The notes: generated from the sequence alone by a model not told the origin. Shown: positions 12,083 to 25,518, counted from the whole stretch's first letter. The stretch is DNA of 63,055 bases, filler included, from Octopus bimaculoides (GCF_001194135.2; 4 parts of 3 records of this genome joined end to end with filler, not necessarily neighbours in it); one strand, 5' to 3'. Numbers and translations are program-made.

Positions 12083-12886
12083 NNNNNNNNNNNNNNNNNN
12101 NNNNNNNNNNNNNNNNNNNNNNNNNNNNNNNNNNNNNNNNNNNNNNNNNNNNNNNNNNNNNNNNNNNNNNNNNNNNNNNNNNNNNNNNNNNNNNNNNNNN
12201 NNNNNNNNNNNNNNNNNNNNNNNNNNNNNNNNNNNNNNNNNNNNNNNNNNNNNNNNNNNNNNNNNNNNNNNNNNNNNNNNNNNNNNNNNNNNNNNNNNNN
12301 NNNNNNNNNNNNNNNNNNNNNNNNNNNNNNNNNNNNNNNNNNNNNNNNNNNNNNNNNNNNNNNNNNNNNNNNNNNNNNNNNNNNNNNNNNNNNNNNNNNN
12401 NNNNNNNNNNNNNNNNNNNNNNNNNNNNNNNNNNNNNNNNNNNNNNNNNNNNNNNNNNNNNNNNNNNNNNNNNNNNNNNNNNNNNNNNNNNNNNNNNNNN
12501 NNNNNNNNNNNNNNNNNNNNNNNNNNNNNNNNNNNNNNNNNNNNNNNNNNNNNNNNNNNNNNNNNNNNNNNNNNNNNNNNNNNNNNNNNNNNNNNNNNNN
12601 NNNNNNNNNNNNNNNNNNNNNNNNNNNNNNNNNNNNNNNNNNNNNNNNNNNNNNNNNNNNNNNNNNNNNNNNNNNNNNNNNNNNNNNNNNNNNNNNNNNN
12701 NNNNNNNNNNNNNNNNNNNNNNNNNNNNNNNNNNNNNNNNNNNNNNNNNNNNNNNNNNNNNNNNNNNNNNNNNNNNNNNNNNNNNNNNNNNNNNNNNNNN
12801 NNNNNNNNNNNNNNNNNNNNNNNNNNNNNNNNNNNNNNNNNNNNNNNNNNNNNNNNNNNNNNNNNNNNNNNNNNNNNNNNNNNNNN

Positions 12887-13160
12887 GGCCAGAACCTCCT
12901 GGAAAATAACCATAGCGAGGGATATTCCACAGTTGAATTAGAACAGTCACAAACAGTGAAAGAAGACATGCACCCAGCACCAGAGCTGAAGACACCTCCG
13001 AAAGGGGGTGGCCCCGCCACGTCAAAACGGTAGAGGAGTAGGGGCCGAAACCGGACGTGGTTCCTCCTGATGATGTCTTGAGCTAACTGGATCCTATAAA
13101 GGAGCTGTTGTGGTAGCAGACCACGAAACATGGTTGAAATTCTTCCTTTATACTATAACA
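12887..13160 (+). mobile_element. Putative Penelope pseudo-LTR end with hammerhead-like motif
   Basis: Follows the PLE across an N gap; CTGATGA 13067-13073 and GAAACATGGTT 13125-13135. Confidence 0.45.
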
Positions 13161-13204
13161 ATATACTATGAATATAATAGTGGTTGGGAAGCAAGCTGCT
13201 TACC

Positions 13205-13460
13205 ACACAGCCATCGAGATCAGGTGACCGATCAGACTATCAGGTATTGTTACACATCGCTAATCACAATGCGTTTTGCATCGATTTAGCCCGCGAATGA
13301 CGCTATCCCGATGGCTATGCGTGCAGGCCGGCCTGCAGGGGAACTAGCAACGTGAAATGAAGTGTTTTGCTCAAAAGCACAACGCGCCGCCCGGTGTGGG
13401 AATCGAACCCGCGATCTAGCGATCGTGAGTGCAACAAACTAACCACTAGACCACACTCCG
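13205..13460 (-). mobile_element. tRNA-derived SINE family C
   Basis: Minus strand: tagtggttag...cgcgggttcgattcccacaccgggc...gagcaaaacacttcatttcacgttgct; related copy at 15390-15592. Confidence 0.8.
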
Positions 13461-13546
13461 ACACACACACATATCCATCTTTGTCTGCATGTATATGTAT
13501 GAGTGTTGTGCGTGCGTGTGCCTGTATATATACATACATACAAATA

Positions 13547-13604
<58 letters not shown>

Positions 13605-13945
13605 TACACATACACATACATACAAATGTGTGTGTGTTGGTTTTGTTTTATTGTCGCCTCATATAATTTTCCTCCTTTCTTTCTCTCTCGCCTCCCCCTC
13701 CTCCCNNNNNNNNNNNNNNNNNNNNNNNNNNNNNNNNNNNNNNNNNNNNNNNNNNNNNNNNNNNNNNNNNNNNNNNNNNNNNNNNNNNNNNNNCCCCCGT
13801 TTTCTCACTGTCTCCAACTACTTTTTCCTCCTAGAAATTTACACCAGATAAAAGTAATACATCACGTTGTAATACGTTTTACTTACACTGTATTTCTCTC
13901 ACTCGCTTCCTAATCTTCACCTTCATCCTTCTACTTTTCTTTCTT

Positions 13946-13981
<36 letters not shown>

Positions 13982-14614
13982 TTTCCCTCTCATTCTGTCT
14001 TTCTTCTTGCCTGTAGCTTCCACTTATTGTTTCTCTCTACCTATTTATCTTTCCCTCATTCTCTCCCCTTCAATCTTTATCTTTCTTTTATTTTTCGTCC
14101 ATTTTCTACATTTTCCTGAATTCTTTTTGTTATTGTCTATTTTACATTTTATTGATACGTTGCATATTTTCTTTATATCCGCATTTCATTTACGTGGGTA
14201 GTTTAGTTAGATACGGCCAAATCCGCCTCTATTCTACGGCTTCTAGTAATGTCTAATCTCAACTTAGAAACCAGTAGCTCTCGAATTTGACGTAATTTTT
14301 GCGATAGAGATATTAATCCAATTTATAATGTGGCCTACCTAATGAAACATTGCAAACAAACTCAACAAATCTTTTCTTTAAAAGCTTCTTTTTCTTCTCT
14401 TAAGAGAAACATTAAGAAGTGGGGAAGGCGGCGAATAGAAAAATAGATCAACAAACGAAAATGAATTTAATGTGTGTATATGTGTGTGCGTGTGAGTGTT
14501 TATAGAAACATAATTCAATGAGTTCGTCTCAGTGATTACTGAACGAAATTGAAAACATGTTTCATTCAATGCGTGACTATATAAAGAACGATGCTATGTA
14601 TGCAGGCATGTGGG

Positions 14615-14659
<45 letters not shown>

Positions 14660-15004
14660 NNNNNNNNNNNNNNNNNNNNNNNNNNNNNNNNNNNNNNNNN
14701 NNNNNNNNNNNNNNNNNNNNNNNNNNNNNNNNNNNNNNNNNNNNNNNNNNNNNNNNNNNNNNNNNNNNNNNNNNNNNNNNNNNNNNNNNNNNNNNNNNNN
14801 NNNNNNNNNNNNNNNNNNNNNNNNNNNNNNNNNNNNNNNNNNNNNNNNNNNNNNNNNNNNNNNNNNNNNNNNNNNNNNNNNNNNNNNNNNNNNNNNNNNN
14901 NNNNNNNNNNNNNNNNNNNNNNNNNNNNNNNNNNNNNNNNNNNNNNNNNNNNNNNNNNNNNNNNNNNNNNNNNNNNNNNNNNNNNNNNNNNNNNNNNNNN
15001 NNNN

Positions 15005-15075
<71 letters not shown>

Positions 15076-15389
15076 ATGTATGTATGTATATTGATTTACA
15101 GAATTTAGGTTCAAATCATTGCTACACATCTCTACTACATATGAGTTGCGTTTATATTGTGGCTCAAAACCATGAAAATGTTCAATAAAACCTTTCGTTA
15201 GATATGTGTATGCATCTGATTATTTATATATTACAGGTGAGCTCTTTCACTCCTTAAAGGTGCACCACCTTTTCCACAACCACCTCCACCATAATCACCA
15301 CCGCCGCCATGACCACCACAGCATCAGCGAATGAAACGAAGAGATATACAGTAAGCTATCAATGTAAGGGCATAAAAAGCAGAGGGTTG

Positions 15390-15592
15390 AAAGACCAACC
15401 TTAGCCCAGGTAGAAGGATTCCTGCAGCTTGTGTGGAGCCAACACCCTTCGATGACTTGCATCTTAGCCTTCGAATGACGACACCCCGCTGGCTATGCGA
15501 GCAGGCTGGCAGGGGAATTGGAGCAACATGAAATGAAGTGTTTTGCTCAAAAACACAACGCGCCTGCCCGGTGTGGGAATCGAACCCACGAC
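15390..15592 (-). mobile_element. tRNA-derived SINE family C, 5'-truncated
   Basis: Shares gggttcgattcccacaccgggc...gagcaaaacacttcatttca with 13205-13460. Confidence 0.8.
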
Positions 15593-16518
15593 GAGTTCTA
15601 TGACACGGTCAGGATCGGTATATTACCACACACCTTTCTTAAAAATGAGGAATTAATTCTCATATCATAACATCTGAGCTGGCGTATAAAGAAGGTGAGG
15701 GTAGTGAAATTGCTGCCAGAAATAAATATATTCTTGGGGTTGAGAGCTGTCTTGATCAACATCCAGGATGAGACGACGTGCTTTACACGGAGGGATCTAA
15801 TCGCGGGATCTCTTAATTCAGACGAATCAGGATTGACTAGTTGAATGTCATATTTGTTTGCGGTGGAGGAAAACAGACGACCAGGATACCATTTAAAGGT
15901 TTTATGACTACAGTAAAAAAAAAAAAAAAGCTATTGTTGCTGCCGAACCAGAAACAACACCAACAGCAACGTACAACCCAACAGTAGTAGCTATAGTAAT
16001 AACAAAAACAACAACTACAACAGCAGTCACAACAATATCAGGGACAGCAGCAGTAGCAGCAGGCGTAGAATTTAGAGAAGCAGCATCAACTGCAAAAGTA
16101 GCAGCAGAANNNNNNNNNNNNNNNNNNNNNNNNNNNNNNNNNNNNNNNNNNNNNNNNNNNNNNNNNNNNNNNNNNNNNNNNNNNNNNNNNNNNNNNNNNN
16201 NNNNNNNNNNNNNNNNNNNNNNNNNNNNNNNNNNNNNNNNNNNNNNNNNNNNNNNNNNNNNNNNNNNNNNNNNNNNNNNNNNNNNNNNNNNNNNNNNNNN
16301 NNNNNNNNNNNNNNNNNNNNNNNNNNNNNNNNNNNNNNNNNNNNNNNNNNNNNNNNNNNNNNNNNNNNNNNNNNNNNNNNNNNNNNNNNNNNNNNNNNNN
16401 NGAAGTAAAGCACTGACGTAACCACGCGCACGCGCACATGAGGACGTGCGCATTCAAACACGCGTACAAACTCATGCTCGCGCGCGCATACACACACATG
16501 CACAAACGCACACACACG

Positions 16519-16561
<43 letters not shown>

Positions 16562-18896
16562 GCACACATGCACACACACACACACACACGAGCATTTATC
16601 GGTATGCCATGTTCGCTATGTACCTCAGAAATTTCTGACGCATCGTGTGATAAGGACGAGGTGAATGCACAAGAGAAAAGAGTTCCGTAGTAGAGAAACG
16701 TAAAATATGTAAGCAGGGCCTCTGTAAGCAAGAAGCTAGAAGTTTCGAAGGGATGGCAGAGTGGCTTTCTTCAGTCACATGCTCGTGTCATCACCTCTTA
16801 TACTAATTAGTGCCATCAATACCACTGCTTCAACAAAACCAACCAAACGTGCAAACACAAACAACGACAATGGGAATACACACAAACACCCACAACTAAA
16901 GGGAGAAAAACAACAACGAGCGCAACAGCTAAGGGGAGACAACAACATGCTTAACCATTCCCTCATAAATATCAGTTCTAAGTATAACGAGGAAACTAAA
17001 CTCAGATGGCAAGAAAAGCAAAGAGTTCAGAAGATCCATTACAGAGTTTTTCATCTCGTGGGCTTCCCAATAAAGCAACACAATTCATCTACAAATAAAA
17101 TATCAGAAAAATTCTTAATAACATAAGGGACTTCAGTAACTTTGCAAACAAAAGAAGTTTGGAACATTCAGGATTACGTCTTACCACAAGACAAAGGTAG
17201 GTGACCACTCTCACTTTCTCTTTTTTTCACCAATATACCCATATTAAGCGGAAGGAATATAAATGACATGCTATAAAGTCGGTTTTGGAACAAGGCCACA
17301 TACTCAATGAACTCAGGTTACTATATATATATACATATGATAGTGAGACCTTGATTTCCGTTCCAAATCTACTTCGCCTATCCTTGACAGCAAGCTGTGC
17401 ACATCTCTTAGTCGACCTAGAAAGGGGGAGGGGGACAAGTTAGAAGTGTTGTTTCGGAAAAGTTTGGATCTTGAGACACGAGTGATCTCCTTGAAATTGG
17501 ATAGTATGTTACACGGTGAGTTTAGTAGCGAAATTAGTGTTGTCTATATTCTGTTGAACAACTGGAATTATTCAGATCTAGAATCCTCTGAAGGAACGTC
17601 CTGCTTTTTAATACTATCAGAACTGAAGTCACATTTTAGCCACACACACCAGGAGTTAACCGATAGGAAAGGGGTGTAAAAACCTCTCAAGTGTGCTCAG
17701 ATAGTTCCAACTGTCTGACAGGTAACAACTGAATTTCCTGAATGTGACAGTAGTGTAGTTATGGAGCAACTTTTATAGATCAGGCAGATCATTTGTAGAG
17801 TATTTATTAGGACAACAGACAGGGATAGTGCAAAGTGACCACACTTTCAACGGGTTGGCTACATAATTCACAGATAAGTAGTGTATACGTTCGAACCAGA
17901 GTGAACTCCTCAGCAAAGATCAGCAACTGATAACATAACGCAAGATTCCCAATGTGCAAAGATTACAGTGATCGAATTAGAGAATTGATTAAGCGATAGT
18001 TAAATGAGCCGATCGTCAACAAACGTTGATGGAATGCACCATGGAGGGCAATTACAACAGAATAAACAAAGTTTAGCTAGTAATAAAGAAAAAAAGTTTA
18101 GGAGTACTAGTGCGAAAATTAGGAGAGGCGATTGCGAAAGGCGGTAAAAATGACCGCCGATAACTTCTTCAAAACGAAACACGAAGATTTTTGTTGTCAA
18201 AATTAAGGCATATGATCTAAAACACAAAGGAACAAAAGCTATTCGGTGAACTTGGGTGATAGAGGCGTAATATGGCCAAAAAGTCACAATTCAGATTTTG
18301 ATGGACAAACACGCGCTATTCCACTATAAACAAATTTATGTTGCTTTCCAGTAGTTTATCTCGACTGTTCGAGGTAATCAATGTACCGAAAACGGTGGTG
18401 CACTGAAGTACACAACGCTGCGACTCGCGGTGCTGCGACTCTCGGAGCAAGATGCAGAGTACTCTCATCAGAGTGGAGTACATGCATTCTCGCTTCCTAT
18501 GAAAAGAACAGGTTCAGGTTCTGCTAGTCATGGAATACATCCGGTGACAACGCTTGCTTCGTGGTGATCTCGGGATGACGTCATTGGTAATGCACGGGCG
18601 CGCGCTGAAGCTGACTTACCTGCAGAATTATCTCGACCAATGTGACTAATAACACATAAGGCTCAGTTCACCCTAGTATTTCTTCAAGGTAAGACTAGAT
18701 GTATACAGGAATACCAAAAGAAATGTACCACCACTGTATGACATTACCTAATTTAATAACTGGAATATTGAATGTACGGCTTAAAGTACTGAGTATTATC
18801 TTGAGTTATAGTCTACTCAGTTCATGTAATAGATTTCTACCTCACTTATGCGCATGTGTACATACATACATACATACATACACACACGTGTATATG

Positions 18897-18959
<63 letters not shown>

Positions 18960-19395
18960 ATGTATGTATTATTAATTATGGGAATTTGTGCAGCCCTAGT
19001 CCACTGCTGTCTTTCAAAGCTAATTACATCTAGAGTAATTGGTCACTGTTGAAATAAAATACTGAAGCTGTTGTTGTTTTGCTATCAACATCCGCCCTTA
19101 ACCAGAATAAATCACTTGTTTAGAATACTCACCAGCAGTTTCTTACTTAAAAGAGTAAAGAGTAAGGGCACAAATATTAAACTCTGTGGAATAGAAACTC
19201 AGAAATATATTTTGGAAGCTCGATACGAGAAATGGCTGAGTAAGATATTTGTGATTCATGTTATCGAAATTTAGGATTCAAATTTAGGATTCTTAAATGA
19301 GATTGCACAAATCGTTTATCAGCGACATTGCTACTAAACGAACAACTAACAGGTGATTTTTAGATGTTGCAAATATAATATACTGTAATGTCATA

Positions 19396-19427
<32 letters not shown>

Positions 19428-19439
19428 TATATGTATATG

Positions 19440-19487
<48 letters not shown>

Positions 19488-19869
19488 TCGTTTACATTTC
19501 TAGCACATCTCCACTGCTATTAATCTTTGTTCGTTGTAGATAAATATTAATGAATGTTGGTATAATGTGACTTGAGATGCAAAGTTGGGCAGCTGCATTG
19601 TCGTCTCGAAGTAATTAGAATACGTTCGCCTTGTACATTGACGATAAATAAAGTTGTACTGCTGTCTTTTAATGTACTACATTGACTTCTTAAATATTAA
19701 GTTCTCATCACCACAAGCACTAATAAATATTATTTTAGTTTGTTTTGTCTTTTTTAGCTTTTTATTTTATTCCTTCATAAGTTCAATTGAATAAAACCAC
19801 TGCTGTTGCTTCTACTATTACTGCTCTGTTACAACAACAACAGCAACTAATAATAATAATAATAATAAC

Positions 19870-19918
<49 letters not shown>

Positions 19919-19923
19919 GTGAA

Positions 19924-20255
19924 GGCGCATGGCTCAGTGGTTAGAGCGTCGAGCTTACGATCGTGAGGTTGTGAGTTCGATTCCCGGACCTGCCTGCGTA
20001 TCGTGTTCTTCAGCAAGACACTTTATTTCACGTTGCTCCATTTAATTCAGCTGTAGAAATGAGTTGCGACGTCATTGGTGCCAAGCTGTATCGGCCCCTT
20101 TGCCTTTCCCTTGGATAACATCGGTGGTGTGGAGAGGGAGGGCTGGTATGCATGGGCGACTGCTGGCCTTCCACAAACAACTTTGTCCGGACTTGTGCCG
20201 CGGAGGGTAACTTTCTAGGTGCAATCCCATGGTCATTCATGACCGAAGGGGGTCT
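19924..20255 (+). mobile_element. tRNA-derived SINE family D
   Basis: A box tggctcagtgg, B box gttcgattccc, then non-tRNA body cagcaagacactttatttcacgttgctcc; sits directly after an (AAT)n array. Confidence 0.85.
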
Positions 20256-20284
20256 CATCTTCATACTCCAATCCTTTATACTAA

Positions 20285-20590
20285 AGACACAAAGCCTGAA
20301 ATTTGTGGGGAGGGAACTAGTCGATTACATCGACCTAGTGTTTCACTGCTACTTAATTTATCGACCCCGAAAGGATAAAAGGCAAAGTCGACCTCGGCGG
20401 AATTTGAACTCCGAGCGTAGCGATTGGCGAAATACCGCTAAGCATTTCGCCCGGCATGCTAACGATTCTGCTAGCTCTCCCCCTTAGTAATGATAATAAT
20501 CTTTTCTACTCCTAGGCACAAGGCCCGAAATTCTGGGCGAGGGGTCCAGTCGATTAGATCGACCCCAGTACGCAACTGGGACTTAATTTC
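20285..20590 (-). mobile_element. SINE family B copy (20285-20485) plus a second 3' fragment (20500-20590)
   Basis: gaaataccgctaagcatttcgcccggcatgctaacg is the reverse complement of the 10816 head. Confidence 0.85.
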
Positions 20591-20594
20591 GAGG

Positions 20595-22190
20595 GCTTCT
20601 CGTAGAAAACCTACAAAACTACAGTCACCCTGACCATTAGAACAAGTACCCTCTCCTCACCTTCCTTATCCAATCTACAGGGGCATTCTTAGAGTAGGCT
20701 TATTCACTCGGACCATTCTCGCCACATTCACCTAGCTTTCAACGAATTTGCCAAAAGATAGCACTTTCCTCTCCACCCTCATCTTTTTATTATTATTTTT
20801 TTTTTTCGAATGAAACTTCTGATTCTCGGAAGACGTCGCCGCCTTGGACCGCCACTGAATCTATCTACTACCAAAATAAAACTTCTACCGATAGCATCGC
20901 CCAACGGCTAAGGGCTGTGAGTGACTGACCACATTCTAGATGCCAGGCGTCCTTCCTCGGTGTACGTTTGATCCTGGACTGCATCTAAGTCCGAAAAAAG
21001 CTGCAGGAATATGAGTTTGTCAAAGTAACCAAACCTGCTCACCATCGAAGAATCACTGTAGATATGACAGCCTAAACGAATGTCTACTTATCATCAGTCA
21101 TGGCATGCCCACTTTTGTCGATATAATAGTAGCTGTTTGGGGAGTTTCTGCTGTTACTGTTACAAGGGCCACAACACTACTGTATGTAGTTTTGTGGCCC
21201 TTGCTGATGGTATATTTTCTGTTGTTTTAGTCGCTGTTGTTTGCACTACTGCTACTGCTGCACTTGTTGCTGTTGGTGTTGCAGTCACTGTTGCTGATAG
21301 AGCTGTTACTGCTGTTTTCGCGGCGGTTGTTGGTTTTATAGTTGCTATCATTGAGGAAGTTTTGACCGCTTGCCACTCTTGGTGTTACCGCTGTTTTTAT
21401 TGAAGTTGTTGCTGTTGTGGTGATAGCGCCAGCAGAAGTGGTGATATTTCATCTTACTTTGTTTGCCGTGGACAGAAAACTTTGATGTGGTCTGTCTCAT
21501 TACACAAGTGACGCCAAGAACTTTTGTCCTCAACGGCCTCGAATGACTTTGTGCCGTCCGACAGATTCATCCGGCACGCGATGGATTTCATGTTAGTGAT
21601 CCGTTTAGATCGACGGCTCCATTTCTTCACCTGACTAATTTTACTTCTGCAGCATCTGGGCCTGAAGAATATTAATTTTGTCCTCTTCTGCTCCTCTGGC
21701 AATGTATGTCTTGGTGCTTCAGATTGGTCAAAGGTCTTTTTTGAGGTTCACTTATTGCTGGACGGATTCCAGGACATGGAATACAACATTCTGTCCAGAC
21801 ATCATGATATATTTTTTGCATTTTCAAATCATTTAAAGGTAAAATTATTTCTCTCTCTTTTTAGCTGCGATAATGTACTCACCAACGCTAAATTTACAAG
21901 TGGTCAGGATTTTATTTTTGTGCTGGCGTCAATAGTGTGGGCAGTGGCAAAAGCAGAACATGCGGGTGTGTTGAAAGCACAAATGGATTTTCTGTTTTTC
22001 TGTTTCACGGTCTAGTTTTTCTTGTTGCTTTCAATTTATTAGTTGACGTTTTTGTTCATGATGTCGCTGTTTCGGCATTGGTGGTGGATATGGTGGTTCT
22101 TTGTTGTAAAGGTGAGAAGTCGGCGTCAAATCAGTTCTTCCAATCTTTGGTTATGGTCCCTTGACTATTTGTCGAAAAATCGACGCCATG
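20595..22190 (-). mobile_element. Degenerate non-LTR retrotransposon, Tx1/L1-like (gag-like ORF1 plus ORF2 C-terminus)
   Basis: aaaacATGGCG at 22189, decayed CCHC knuckle (R)HLCNETDHIKVFCP at 21513-21472, Thr/Ala-rich linker, and KMRVERKVLSFGKFVES*VNVARM at 20786-20715. Confidence 0.55.
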
Positions 22191-22305
22191 TTTTTATGCA
22201 TTTTGTAAAATAAAAATGGGTCGATTTTAGAAACTAGAACACAAATTCTGCTATGAAGAAATGAAAATTTAACGAATCCAACTAGGCTCAGAGGATGATT
22301 ATATA

Positions 22306-22341
<36 letters not shown>

Positions 22342-22430
22342 AATTTATATGTATTCGTAATTAATAAGGGATTTCTCCAAACGTTTACCGGTTTTACACA
22401 GTGAGGTATTCAAAATTGGTTATATATACA

Positions 22431-22462
<32 letters not shown>

Positions 22463-22973
22463 NNNNNNNNNNNNNNNNNNNNNNNNNNNNNNNNNNNNNN
22501 NNNNNNNNNNNNNNNNNNNNNNNNNNNNNNNNNNNNNNNTATATATGCAAATATGCATATACATATATGCTTTCACTTTGCCAACACGTTAAGAAATCAT
22601 TTGTTGTTTTGATTTTTATAATTTCTTCATTAGATGCTTGCAACTATTTACTAGTTGCATGTTGCTATTAGAGTTGCAGTGAACACTGCCACGCATGCTG
22701 CAGTTACCGCTTTGATTAACCTTAACATAACTTTTTCTGTTGCTTAGGTTTCTTAAAAACGCAGAAATGTTGTTTAGTAGGAAAATCTAAGCAATCATGT
22801 TTTCAAATCACCGAGTTAAGAAACTTCACTGATCTTCCCAAAGGGTTCCACTCACCAATACTGCCTCGAGTCAATAACTTACAGGCTGAAGAATATATAT
22901 GTGAGAATTTGGTTGCTTATGGAGAAAATATGGATAATCTAGGTTGTGTTCGATTACAGATAGATAGATAGAG

Positions 22974-23036
<63 letters not shown>

Positions 23037-23037
23037 G

Positions 23038-23078
<41 letters not shown>

Positions 23079-23099
23079 CATGCATGCATACATACATAC

Positions 23100-23293
23100 A
23101 TAACCCAGAGTCATACATCGGTGAGACTTCTAGGAGTATCAATGATAGGTTCAAAGAACACCTGGACAACTGCATTGAAAAGAAACCAAACTCCATCTTC
23201 TATCAGCATGCTGTAGACTGCCACAAGGGCTCCTTAGGGAGACTTAAATTAAATATCATGTCCAAACATCCCACTGATGCAATGCTGAGACAG
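23100..23293 (+). mobile_element. Penelope-like GIY-YIG endonuclease fragment
   Basis: SYIGETSRSINDRFKEHLD...SIFYQHAVDCH...AMLRQ, stop-free up to the gap. Confidence 0.85.
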
Positions 23294-23393
23294 NNNNNNN
23301 NNNNNNNNNNNNNNNNNNNNNNNNNNNNNNNNNNNNNTTAATTAATTAANNNNNNNNNNNNNNNNNNNNNNNNNNNNNNNNNNNNNNNNNNNN

Positions 23394-24090
23394 TTCTGTT
23401 CTAATTTTGTTAATATACGGGAACGTATATCGGCATCTTTTCTTGCAGTTAACCATTGAATGAAAATTAGATGTTTGAACAAATCTGGGGTTAATTCATG
23501 TAATTTTCACATTCTCTGTTAACGACCCCAGCATAGGTGATGAAATCTTCATAATCTTTTTTTAACTAAGTTTAAACACTACCAACAAGTATTGAACAGG
23601 GAACTTCTTTCAATGAAAATTCTCGATAATAAATTGTTTCATCGAAACAAATCTCACCTGGTTTCTTCGGCAGAATATAATTACAGTATTTTTTTGTGTT
23701 CGGCAGGGGATAACTTTCTTAAAAGTAGTGGCAACTTCTCGTCATTCCAATTTTTAGATTCTTCTTTGAAGATTTTTTCATAGCTTCTAAAATATGCAGA
23801 AAATGTAGTACTTTCTGAGTTATAAATAAATACTCCAATTCAGTTTGCTACGCTGTCTGACGAGAACGAACTTGAAGTATTTTTAGACTCCTTCAACATT
23901 ACCTCCAGTAATTGTTGGTATTTTTGTTGTTGCTGTTGTAGTTGTTGTTGTAACTGTTGTTGCTGTTGCAACTGCACCTCGCAAACTAATAAGTCTTCCA
24001 TGCTAATGATTTTTTCTTTGATTTCGTACAAAAGAAGAAAAAACAAAGAAATTAACGTCCGACGCAAGCTTCGAATATCTCGTCGCCACT
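23394..24090 (-). mobile_element. Ty3/Gypsy LTR retrotransposon 5' part: PBS-like site and decayed gag
   Basis: tggcgacgag at 24088-24079, then MEDLL..QQQQ..SSDSVAN*IGVFIYNSESTTFSAYFRSYEKIF..LLLRKLSPAEHKKYCNYILPKKP..DFITYAGVVNRECE. LTR ends not resolved. Confidence 0.85.
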
Positions 24091-24504
24091 TTTACATCCC
24101 AGTTGTTGCCCGACTCTTAGGTAGTATTGTGGCACACAGCACTCTTGTTTTTTGTTGTTCTAAGCACTCTTGTTATCACTCTTGTTTTTCGCTCGAACGG
24201 ACTTTAGTGCGATTTTTTAACCCCAAGAAGACAGCTCTACCTGATTAACACTGTACAGCTGTTTCCGATATATTGTGATCAGGGAAATCGAATCCCTACC
24301 ACATTCTAGCGACGGGACCAACACCCAGTAATTCGAACAACTACCATTACGGCAACTTCTGGGTTCGGTGCGAGTTCAACGCGGACCTAACACACCAACC
24401 CTTACGACCTCTACCGGCCGCTGTCTCAACCAATACGCTACTCTTTATTAGAGTTCGGCTAGTCCATTCTTCCAATCCCCCAAGGGTGTCAATGACTCTC
24501 GCCA

Positions 24505-24645
24505 CAATACGTATTGCATCAACACCTGCACAATGTGCATCTGTAGTATAATAATGAGGCTGTACAGTGTGCATATATGGCATTACATTGACACCTGTAC
24601 AATGTGCATCAGTTGTGTAATAATGATGCTGTACAATGTGCATGC
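24505..24645. repeat. Imperfect ~60-bp tandem repeat
   Basis: acacctg(c/t)acaatgtgcatc...taata..ga(g/t)gctgtaca(g/a)tgtgcat occurs twice. Confidence 0.75.
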
Positions 24646-24721
24646 AGGGGATGGTGGCGAACCCTGCTGTACTATTTCGCCACAACTTTCTCTCACTCTT
24701 ATTTCCTGAGTTTCTGTTGTG

Positions 24722-24865
24722 CCTGTAATTCAAAGGGTCAGCCTTGTCACACTGTGTCACGCTGAATATCACCGAGAACTACGTTAAGAGTACACGTGTC
24801 TGTGGAGTGCTCAGCCACTTGCACGTTAATTTCACGAGCAGGCTGTTCTGTTGATCGGATCAACT
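24722..24865 (+). mobile_element. SINE 3' segment (same as 2453-2750 family; diverged minus-strand copy near 33900-34070)
   Basis: cacgtgtctgtggagtgctcagccacttgcacgttaatttcacgagcaggctgttctgttgatcggatcaactg. Confidence 0.8.
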
Positions 24866-25264
24866 GCTAACATACAGTATGCATACGTGGTGTTGTATTT
24901 GACACCTGTACATTGGAGTTTTGGATGTTTCTAGAACATCTGTAATAGAGTGTGCAGCTGCAGTGTGACATAAACATGCTTGGAGTTAGCATTAATGCGT
25001 ATATAGTGCAAATGGATGTGCAGCTTGTGGTAGATGGGGTGCGGTTTATGGGTGATGTCTGTTTGTGAATGGGGAACTCATTTACATCAACGTCATAAGC
25101 AACAACAACAGCAGCAGCAGCGTTATTACTAATAGGCATCACCACCTCTGGTGTCAAAACAACAACATGCACATCGTCACGACCAGGACTGCCATTACTA
25201 TCACCACTACCCACAACTACCAACAACCGCCCCTTCAAGACTACTAGGGAAGAAAAGAAAAATA

Positions 25265-25471
25265 ACTGCAAGAAGAAGAAGAAGAAGAAGAAGAAGAAGA
25301 AGAAGAAGAAGAAGAAGAAGAGAAGATGATGATGATGAAGAAGAAGAAGAAAAGATGATGATAAAGAAAAAGAAGAAGAAGAAGAAGAAGAAGAAGAACA
25401 ACAACAACAACAACAACAACAACAGCTCTAGCAACAACAACGATCACCACTAACACAACAAGAGCAACGAC

Positions 25472-25518
<47 letters not shown>

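Noticed and set aside
19924-19995. tRNA gene-like sequence
   Set aside because: A and B boxes are present but there is no paired acceptor or anticodon stem, and it runs into a SINE body.
23338-23349. ttaattaattaa island inside N runs (also 45811-45822 and 61573-61584)
   Set aside because: An identical 12-mer centred in three gaps is a scaffolding spacer, not biology.
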